Shown: one piece after another, positions 46,621 through 54,932 of the stretch | Layout: each line of letters begins with the position of its first letter | Position numbering within the stretch: the first letter of the stretch is position 1 | Origin: Octopus bimaculoides | Taxonomy: Eukaryota | Reading direction: 5' to 3' | DNA: 54,932 nucleotides | Assembly (NCBI RefSeq): GCF_001194135.2 | Contig: NC_069006.1 | Coordinates: 4,684,718 to 4,739,649 of the forward strand | Position numbers and translations under genes: made by a program | Notes under the pieces: generated by a model | What the model saw: the letters and a program-made list of their open reading frames with translations, nothing else | Database searches by the model: none | What the model was told of the DNA's origin: nothing

Positions 46621-47339
46621 GAACATCCTATCTTATTTCCTTATTGCCCACAAGGGGCTAAGCATAGAGGGGACAAATAAGGACAGACAAAGGGATTAAG
46701 TCGATAACATCGACCCCCAGTGCATAACTGTTACTTAATTTATCAACTCCGAAAGGATGAAAGGCAAAGTCAACCTCGGGTGAATTTGAACTCAGAACGT
46801 AATGGCAGACAACGAAATACTGCTAAGCATTTCGCCCGGCGTGCTAACGTTTCTGCCAGCTCGCCGCCTCCTATCTGTTGAGCCAAATTCCCTCATGGAT
46901 TGGTACTGACCCTTGTGGATGAGCTTGTTCACTGAATCCTCATTGGCCTGAACAGGTCAGATGAAATGCTGAGAGTGTGTGAGGTGGAGTTTTCCTTCCT
47001 TGAGCATATGGTTTTGGCTTCAGTCCCTCTGTGCGGTACCTTAAGCACTTGAGAAGGGCTGACCAAAGACATGTGAGAAGATTTGGTAGACAGAAACTGA
47101 AAAAAGTTCATTTTTCTTTTTTTTCTACTTGGCCCTCCACGATCACGTGGCCCTCCACGATCACGTGTCTGGAAATAAGTAAAATTTATTCAAATTTTCA
47201 AAAATGATGAACAAAATTTGTAATGGAAGAATAGAAGTACTGAAAATAAAAGCATAAAACACTACAAGAAAAATATTTTTTTTTGTGTTAATTCAAATAA
47301 CATTAGAAAGAACTGAAAGAATTTATCTGATAACAGTGT

Positions 47340-47518
47340 AGATGGATAGGTCTACAGGTAGATAAATAAGTAGGTAGGTAGATAAGTAGTTAGATAGATA
47401 AATAGATAAGTAGGTAGGTAGGTAGGTAGGTAGGTAGGTAGATAGATAGATAGATAGATAGATAGGTCTATAGATAGATAGATAGGTCTACAGATAGATA
47501 GATAGATAGGTCTACAGG

Positions 47519-47554
<36 letters not shown>

Positions 47555-47655
47555 CAGGTCTACAGGTAGATAGATAAGTAGGTAGGTAGATAAATAGATA
47601 GATAGATAAATAGATAAGTAGGTAGGTAGGTAGGTAGATAGAGAGGTCTATACAG
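47340..47655. repeat. compound (GATA)n/(GGTA)n microsatellite with ggtctacag interruptions
   Basis: Directly visible. Confidence 0.95.
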
Positions 47656-47962
47656 ATAGGAATGCATGCAGACCATGGTGTATGTGCTATACATTAATGT
47701 TGATTTTAATGTCAAGTTATAAATGCTTTGTTCATGGTCGGACACATTAAAGAAAAGTAAGAAAAAAATCCAAGTGGAGCATGGGACACAAAAAGGCTGA
47801 TAAAGGCTGAATTATTGCTTGCTGGTAGAGGGCAGTTGACTGAGGACAAACGTTAGCCAAGGGCTTTCTGAGGATTGTTTGATGGTAACGATATGAATGC
47901 AGAGCAGATATCATTTCCTTGGGGTTTTGGTAACCTGTTCTTGTATGATTTCTTTCCCTCAG

Positions 47963-48145
47963 CATACTCCACAAACAACCACAACACCAACAACACCAGC
48001 TGATCAGCACCACACCCATCAGCAAGGTGACACATTTCATCCAAACTCATTCTATGACGGCGCCAGTCCTCAGTTTGTCACACCCAAGATGTTTAGTCGA
48101 AAACAAGCCAACCCTAAACTGACTGACGACAAAGCTTCAGCTAAG
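47963..48145 (+). CDS. XRN1: probable XRN1 C-terminal low-complexity exon (HTPQTTTTPTTPADQHH...SPQFVTPKMFSRK...ASAK)
   Basis: tctttccctcag acceptor, aag|gtcagt donor; 183 nt open, phase 0 to 0; no strong homology visible. Confidence 0.7.
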
Positions 48146-48809
48146 GTCAGTTGTTTGTTTGTTGTCTCTCTCTCTTGCTTTTGTCTTTGGAAATTCTAAT
48201 TTACACATCGTATCATGCAGGGGTTTGCTGTGGGTTGACCAATAATGCCTTGAGTGATATTGGTGGACAGAAACTGAAAATCGCATGAGTTTTTGAGAGT
48301 TTATATTGCTCTTCATCTTCCTGTGTGTCTGTTTTGTATGCATTTCCTCACTTTTGTGTGTGTGTGTGTGTTTCCCTTTGTTGTGATATGTGATTTGTAC
48401 TGATTGCAAACGCTCATCGTTAATGCAAACGGTGTCGTTTGTTTGCAGTCTTCTGCGAAAGCATGTCCGACTCTTCTTTGACATGTCTTGAACACATTGC
48501 ACAATGATTTGTTCACAAACAAAGGCTCCGTTGTTCTTACAAATGGTGTCACGTGTCTGCAGTTCTTCACACGAAAAAACGTGTCTNNNNNNNNNNNNNN
48601 NNNNNNNNNNNNNNNNNNNNNNNNNNNNNNNNNNNNNNNNNNNNNNNNNNNNNNNNNNNNNNNNNNNNNNNNNNNNNNNNNNNNNNNNNNNNNNGGGGGA
48701 TTATTATTGCCTCACCTGGGAACAGGTGAAGAGCATCTGCTTAGGAAATTCTGGCTCAATATAGTGTTTCTTGAGCCATGCAAGCATGGACAAGTAGATG
48801 AAGACACAC

Positions 48810-48960
48810 TGATGATGATGGTGGTGGTGGTGGTGGTGATGATGGTGGTGGTGGTGGTGGTGGTGGTGATGATGATGATGGTGATGATGATGGTGGTGGT
48901 GGTGGTGGTGGTAGTGGTGATGATGATGATGTTGGTGGTGGTGTTGGTGGTGGTGATGAT
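48810..48960. repeat. (GGT)n/(GAT)n trinucleotide tract
   Basis: Directly visible; source of the spurious poly-His and poly-Val ORFs. Confidence 0.95.
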
Positions 48961-49435
48961 GCACCAATGTGTACTATGCATCTGGTGGTGTTGCTAGTTG
49001 CTGTTGTGATGGCGATGATGATGATGATGTAGCTTATGATGTTATTGCTCTGTTGATTGTGATGTTGAGAATGGTGGTGTTGATGATGATGATAGCACAG
49101 TCTGTAGTGCTATCAATGTTGCCATTTGTGTATATATATGTTGTAAAAGCACCCACTACACTCTGAGTGGTTGGCGTTAGGAAGGGCATCCAGCTGTAGA
49201 AACTCTGCCAAATTAGATTGGAGCCTGGTGTTGCCATCCAGTTTCACCAGTCCTCAGTCAAATCGTCCAACCNNNNNNNNNNACTCTGCCAAATTAGATT
49301 GGAGCCTGGTGTTGCCATCCAGTTTCACCAGTCCTCAGTCAAATCGTCCAACCCATGCTAGCATGGAAAGCGGACGTTAAACGATGATGATGATGATGAT
49401 GATATATGTGTGTGCATGTGTATAATGTATATATA

Positions 49436-50377
49436 CAGGGGTTGGACAAAATAATGGAAACACCTTAAAATTTCAAACAAATTTACTGCCTTTAGCAGTA
49501 ATTACAGCTTGGATTCTACAAGGTATGGACTCGTACAAAGTTTCAATTGTTTCCAAAGGATTTTTTGTCCATTCTTCAGCTAAAACAGTCTCCAGTTCTT
49601 GTAGTGATGATGGTGGAGGATATCGACTCCTTACTTGTTTTTCTAAAATGCACCATAGATGTTCAATAATATTGAGATATGGGTACTGTGGTTGCCAGAT
49701 AAGATGTTCAACTTCACTAGAATGTTCCTCGTGCCATTCAGTAACAACTTTAGCTGTGTGAATTGGTGCATTATCATCCTGAAAGATTGTGTTTCCCTCC
49801 AGAAACAGTTCCGCAACCATAGGATGAATTTGGTCAGATAAAATGCTTAAATAGTCTTGACTATTAATTCTGCCGTGANNNNNNNNNNNNNNNNNNNNNN
49901 NNNNNNNNNNNNNNNNNNNNNNNNNNNNNNNNNNNNNNNNNNNNNNNNNNNNNCCCAGATCATCACAGATCCTCCTCCATGTTTAACAGTTGGAAGAAGG
50001 CAGTCTGGGTCAAATGCTTCTTTAGGCTGTCTCCACACGTATACTCGGCCAGTGGTCGGAAATAAGGTAAAGGATGACTTATCCGAGAAAATAACATTCT
50101 CCCACTGCTCTAGGGACCAATTCTGTAGGTTTTTACTCCACTCTAAACGTTTTGCAAAGTTTGTTTGTGAAAGTAGAGGTTTTCTGATTGCAGCCTTCCC
50201 TTGAAATCCGGCTTTGTGCAGCTCCTGGTGAACAGTTTTTGTGGAAACTGGGTCCTCGAGGTGGTCATTAAGCTCTGCAGTAATTTTGGGAGCTGTACTT
50301 TTGTGATCCTTTCTAACAATTTGCGTAAGAGTCTGACAGTGCCTATCTGAAAGTTTGGGTTTCCTTCCAGAGTTAGG
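49436..50377 (-). mobile_element. Tc1-like transposon remnant, DD36E transposase, one TIR, 5' truncated
   Basis: ta|caggggttggacaaaataatggaaacac TIR; minus frames give SGRKPKLS, HKAGFQGKAAIRKPLL, VIFSDKS, TVKHGGGSVMIW, FQDDNAPIH...LNIIEHLW; internal gap 49879-49953. Confidence 0.92.
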
Positions 50378-51571
50378 ATGTTGGACTCATGATCATAAGA
50401 TTGTGGTTTCGATTCTCTGATTGGGTTGTGTGTTCTTGAGCAAAACCCTTCATTTAATGCTGCTCCAGTCCACTCGGCTGTCGATGGGTTCCAACAATAG
50501 CTGAGAAATTGACCCAGTAATGGACTCATGCCCCATTCAAGAAGGGCAGTGTTGTAATCTCTGAACATATATATCCTGGAAACCAGAGGAAGCTCTGGTA
50601 TTATGACCCCAAAGGGGTCAAGACAAATCCTTAAATCTATTAAGTCTAAGCTCCTTTTTTTTTTTTTTGTTTCTTTTAATGAGTAATCTTTGAACATATA
50701 TATCCTGGAAACTGGAGGAAGCTCTGGTATTATGACCCCAAAGGGGTCAAGACAANNNNNNNNNNNNNNNNNNNNNNNNNNNNNNNNNNNNNNNNNNNNN
50801 NNNNNNNNNNNNNNNNNNNNNNNNNNNNNNNNNNNNNNNNNNNNNNNNNNNNNNNNNNNNNNNNNNNNNNNNNNNNNNNNNNNNNNNNNNNNNNNNNNNN
50901 NNNNNNNNNNNNNNNNNNNNNNNNNNNNNNNNNNNNNNNNNNNNNNNNNNNNNNNNNNNNNNNNNNNNNNNNNNNNNNNNNNNNNNNNNNNNNNNNNNNN
51001 NNNNNNNNNNNNNNNNNNNNNNNNNNNNNNNNNNNNNNNNNNNNNNNNNNNNNNNNNNNNNNNNNNNNNNNNNNNNNNNNNNNNNNNNNNNNNNNNNNNN
51101 NNNNNNNNNNNNNNNNNNNNNNNNNNNNNNNNNNNNNNNNNNNNNNNNNNNNNNNNNNNNNNNNNNNNNNNNNNNNNNNNNNNNNNNNNNNNNNNNNNNN
51201 NNNNNNNNNNNNNNNNNNNNNNNNNNNNNNNNNNNNNNNNNNNNNNNNNNNNNNNNNNNNNNNNNNNNNNNNNNNNNNNNNNNNNNNNNNNNNNNNNNNN
51301 NNNNNNNNNNNNNNNNNNNNNNNNNNNNNNNNNNNNNNNNNNNNNNNNNNNNNNNNNNNNNNNNNNNNNNNNNNNNNNNNNNNGTTACAAACTCGACAAA
51401 CGTGTGTGTGTGTGTTTGGTACCAGAACTTGAAAACAAAAAAAAAAAAAAAGAACTTTCAATAAATGATTAAATATATTTTCCGAATGAAAAGGTGATCT
51501 GTACGAAAATTAATATTTTATGGGTTTTGAATTTGAGTCTCAAGTACAAAATCTAAAGTTTCCCATATAGG

Positions 51572-51735
51572 CACAGGAGTGGCTGTGTGGTAAGTAGTAT
51601 GCTTATCAACCACATGGTTCTGGGTTCAGTCCCACTGCGTGGCACCTTGGGCAAGTGTCTTCTACTATAGCCTCGGGCCGACCAAAGCCTTGTGGGTGGA
51701 TTTGGTGGACGGAGGCTGAAAGAAGCCTGTTGTAT
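51572..51735 (+). mobile_element. tRNA-headed CORE-type SINE (OR2-like), representative copy
   Basis: ggagtggctgtgtggtaag...gggttcagtccc head; gtggcaccttgggcaagtgtctt resembles the MIR/CORE box. Other copies approx. 1530-1700, 3120-3450, 4255-4565, 6693-7030 (two), 10330-10578, 15020-15240, 25960-26215, 31510-31880, 41175-41345, 42995-43395. Confidence 0.85.
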
Positions 51736-52247
51736 ATCATCATCATCATCATCGTTTAACGTCCGCCCGCCATGCTAGCATGGGTTGGACGATTTGACTG
51801 AGGACTGGTGAAACCGGATGGCAACGCCAGCCTCCAATCTGATTTGGCAGAGTTTCTACAGCTGGATGCCCTTCCTAAATATATATTATTTAAAAGAGTT
51901 CCAACTCTGTTTTTTATGTTTTATTTATATTCTTATAAAATTAATGTGGGATATAGAATACGGAATATATAATATGTATAGTAAAATGAAATGAAGTATT
52001 GAATGTCTTATTGAATATATGAAATATTGAGTATTAAATATATAAGGACATTAAATATATAAGGACTAGTATACTTTCCTACTTTATTGCAGATGTGTTT
52101 TAACTGTAGTTGACTGGCTGTCTTTTTGTCCTTTAAATGTTTGTTACATGTACTAAGGTACCCCACTAGTACCATTAACCCCTAAATGTCTGTGACATCT
52201 AGGGTACCCCACATGTACCATTAACCCTTAAATGGTTGTTCTTTCAG

Positions 52248-52464
52248 GAGGGGACAGCTGCATTAAAACAGATGCTGAACATAGGGAGCACAGAGTCAGC
52301 TCCTTATAAATTTGACAGCCAAACGGGGGACATGAAAACCCAATCAATCGCCTCCCCTAAAGTGCAGATTGCTGTGGCCCCTTCATCCCATGCTGTAAGC
52401 AACTTGAGTAGCAGTGGGGCATCAAGTTTTACCCACCAAGTCACAGTTGAAGAATTGTTTGAAG
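52248..52464 (+). CDS. XRN1: XRN1 C-terminal exon (EGTAALKQMLNIG...HQVTVEELFE)
   Basis: ctttcag acceptor, g|gtaagc donor; GTAALKQMLNI resembles GTRMLKEILKI of human XRN1; phase 0 to 1. Confidence 0.82.
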
Positions 52465-52669
52465 GTAAGCAACAGGTTTTGGATTTGTGTTTTTTTGATA
52501 CGTTCAGGCGTTTGCTCTGGTTCTTTTACGTTCAAGAGTTCAAATCCCATTGAGGTGAACTTCGCTTTTGGTGATCAATAAGCTAAAGTACCAGTTGAGT
52601 CCTGGGATTGATGTAATTGACTAAGCCCCTCTGCTTAAAAATTGCTGATCTTGCACCTAAAATTAGAAA

Positions 52670-52910
52670 CACTTATTATTATTTAAGGCGGCAAACTGGC
52701 AGAATTGTTAGCACGCCGGGCGAAATGCTTAGCTGTATTTTGTCTGTTGCTACATTCTGTGTTCAAATTCTGCCGAGGTCGACTTTGCCTTTCATCCTTT
52801 TGGGGTTGATAAATTAAGTACCAGTTATGCTCTGGGGGTCGATGTAATTGACTTAATTCCTTCCCCCCAAATTTGAGGCCTTGTGCTTCCAGTAGAAAGG
52901 ATTATTATTA
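52670..52910 (+). mobile_element. tRNA-headed SINE with Meta/MESC-like domain, representative copy
   Basis: gtcgactttgcctttcatcctttyggggtcgataaattaagtaccag core, (ATT)n tail. Other copies approx. 4830-5045, 7500-7870 (two), 18920-19390 (two), 20655-20870(-), 30565-30780, 39720-39930, 42390-42600, 44420-44680(-), 46625-46870(-). Domain name from memory. Confidence 0.8.
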
Positions 52911-53712
52911 TCATTATTATTACCATTATTATTATTATTATTATTATTAAGGTGGTAAGTTGGGAAAATCATTGACGTGTTGGACAAAATGGTTAATGAT
53001 ATTTTTTCTGGCTCTTTATGTTTTGAGTTCAAATGCTGCTGCCAAAGCCAACTTTGTCTTTCATCCTTTTGGTTGTCTATAAAATAAATTACGTGTCAAT
53101 TACCGGGTTATGTAATTATGTAATCCTCTACCTTCCGCTCCCCTCAAAACTGTTGGCCTTGTGGCAAAATTTGAAACAATTCTATTTTTTTAATTAGACT
53201 TGTACTAAGCATTATTGAGTAAAATCTCCATATTTCACTCTGTCACACTGTGTTACTGCTACGGCAGGGATACGTTAAACCTCATCTGGATTCCTGGTAA
53301 AGCGGTAATGAACAACTCACATGGATGAGGCAAATGCAGTCAATTCTGTTTGTCACTTTGCTCGCAATCATTATTCATGAGCTGTATATGCAACTATTTA
53401 TTTCATTTGCTCAAGAGCCCAGATGGAGCGCAAAGTGATACACAGGGTCCCAGGTCTGAGAGGGTTAATCTGTTCAAATGCATTCAAACAGGGAAAGACA
53501 ATGCACAAGGCAATTCTCCTTCAAGACGATAAGAGTGTAAACACATCACACTTGGCAGTGTTGTCCTAAAAGGAAAATTACTTCTCTCGGAACAATTAGT
53601 GCAGCATATTGTCTTTCCATGTCCAAATGTACCCAAAGCATACAGTTCTATATTTAAGAGATGAGGAATTATTTACATTTGACAGATATTTGTCCTCATC
53701 TTGTTTGTTGTT

Positions 53713-53758
53713 AACACAACGTTTCAGCTGGTATACCCTCCAGCCTTCATCAGGTGTC
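53713..53758 (-). ncRNA. minimal hammerhead ribozyme motif, antisense copy
   Basis: Minus strand gacac CTGATGA aggctgg-agggtata-ccagct GAAA C GTT gtgtt; better stem II but GUU triplet. Confidence 0.55.
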
Positions 53759-54020
53759 TTGGGGAAATTTCAAACCTGGGTTCTCATTCCTAAGGTAGTT
53801 TTCGATGTTGTTATTATTATTATTATTCAGGTCACTGCTTGGAATCGAACTCAGAATCTTGGGGTTAATAGCCCGCGCTCTTAACCACTATGCCATATGC
53901 CCATGGGCATATAATCCCAAGATTCCAAGTTTGATTCCAGGCAGTGACCCGAATAATAATAATAATAATAACATCGAAAAATACCTTAGGAATGAGAACC
54001 CAGGTTCGAAATTTCCTCAA

Positions 54021-54066
54021 GACACCTGATGAAGGCTGGAGGGTATATCAACTGAAACGTCGTGTT
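54021..54066 (+). ncRNA. minimal hammerhead ribozyme motif, sense to XRN1
   Basis: gacac CTGATGA aggctggagggtatatcaact GAAA C GTC gtgtt; stem I gacac/gtgtt, ACGT palindrome in place of stem III, GUC at 54059-54061. Confidence 0.65.
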
Positions 54067-54178
54067 AACAACAAACAAGATGGGGACAAATATCCGTCAA
54101 ATGTAAATAATGTACCCAAAACATGTTAAATAGGATTGTGCAAAACGGTATGTTATATCTTTGCTGGTTTCTTTATAG

Positions 54179-54462
54179 CAGTGGTTCTCAATCAGGGCCC
54201 ACATGAACATTAAGGGGCCCACATAAGATTTTTTTTTGTTTAATTGCTTATATTTTTACAATATGCAAAAATATAAAAACTTTTTATTCAATTCCTAATG
54301 ATAATTTTTATTCCTAAGAATGATTTTTATATAATTCCTAATAATATTTAATTATAAAAATACTGTAGGATTTCTTTTTATATACTTGTAAGGGCTATGA
54401 GGGTCCAATAGAGTAAAACAAAAATCAAAGGGGTCCACAGGCAAAAAAGGGTTTGAGAACTG
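54179..54462. mobile_element. hAT (Charlie-like) MITE
   Basis: cagtggttctcaa...ttgagaactg with 8-bp near-duplication ctttatag / ctttacgg. Confidence 0.75.
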
Positions 54463-54932
54463 CTTTACGGGTTTATTTTTGTGATTCTTTTTTTGTTGGG
54501 TGGCAGGGAGAGGGTGTGCCCTGCCTTGTCCCCTAACTGCTGTAATCTTATCTAAACATTGCTTAAATGGTCATCAGAAGCTGTGATCAGTCTTGACCTT
54601 TGATGGTTGTTGGTGTTTCATTTCTCATGATGACATGGTTGGATGGTTAAGAAATTTGCTTCTCGACCATGTGGATACAGGTTCAATCTTACTGTGCAGC
54701 ATCTTGGGTAAAATATATTCTACTTTAAAGCCCTTGGCTCAACCAATGCTTTGTGAGGGAATTTACAGAACAAAAATTGAAAGAAACCTGTTATGTGTGT
54801 ATGTATGCATATATAAATATTATATATATATATATATATGGAAAAAAAGTCGAGGTAGAAAATGCTAAAATAATTTTATCATGAAAAACATTTTAGTACC
54901 GGTTTCGGTCATTGAGAGTTTTTCAGTTCAAA

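Larger units (their letters stand above)
53668..54111. mobile_element. 444-bp imperfect palindrome of two head-to-head tRNA-headed SINE-like elements with Penelope-type hammerhead tails
   Basis: Arms are reverse complements around cccatggg (centre 53903/53904); left arm has A box TGGCATAGTGG and B box GAGTTCGATTCC on the minus strand; each arm has CTGATGA...GAAAC-GT(C/T). Confidence 0.8.

Noticed and set aside
48704-48997. Poly-His / poly-Val / poly-Thr ORFs
   Set aside because: Translations of a (GGT/GAT)n microsatellite; no splice-phase fit or homology.
49200-49360. Apparent tandem duplication of a SINE segment
   Set aside because: Identical sequence on both sides of a 10-N gap; most likely an unmerged contig overlap.
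53350-53532. 60-aa ORF as next XRN1 exon
   Set aside because: The frame required after the phase-1 donor at 52464 stops after a few codons from the visible acceptor; no homology.

Overview
Eukaryotic, AT-rich, microsatellite- and SINE-dense genomic DNA with many assembly gaps (N runs). The repeat families resemble those described for Octopus, so a coleoid cephalopod origin is inferred but not proven. The whole window lies inside one plus-strand gene, the 5'-3' exoribonuclease XRN1. I traced 21 GT-AG coding exons (~2.7 kb, about 5% of the window) with mutually consistent splice phases, from the end of the catalytic region (YYPHHYAPFMSD, NGKxxEWEAVVLIPFIDE) through the accessory domains into the low-complexity C-terminal tail. 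Neither start nor stop codon is in the window; one exon runs into a gap and one expected exon probably sits in a gap. Introns are filled with at least four SINE families, RTE LINE fragments, Tc1/mariner fossils (one with DD36E spacing), TTAA-, TA- and hAT-type MITEs, and tandem repeats. Most notable: (i) several unrelated small repeats carry minimal type I hammerhead ribozyme motifs of the Penelope/retrozyme kind, including a 444-bp palindrome of two head-to-head tRNA-headed, hammerhead-bearing elements and a 353-bp repeat unit running into a gap; (ii) several XRN1 codons that differ from the human protein would be restored by A-to-I editing (SHITES to SRITGS). Protein comparisons use the human XRN1 sequence from memory; no searches or folding computations were run, and SINE/LINE coordinates are approximate.
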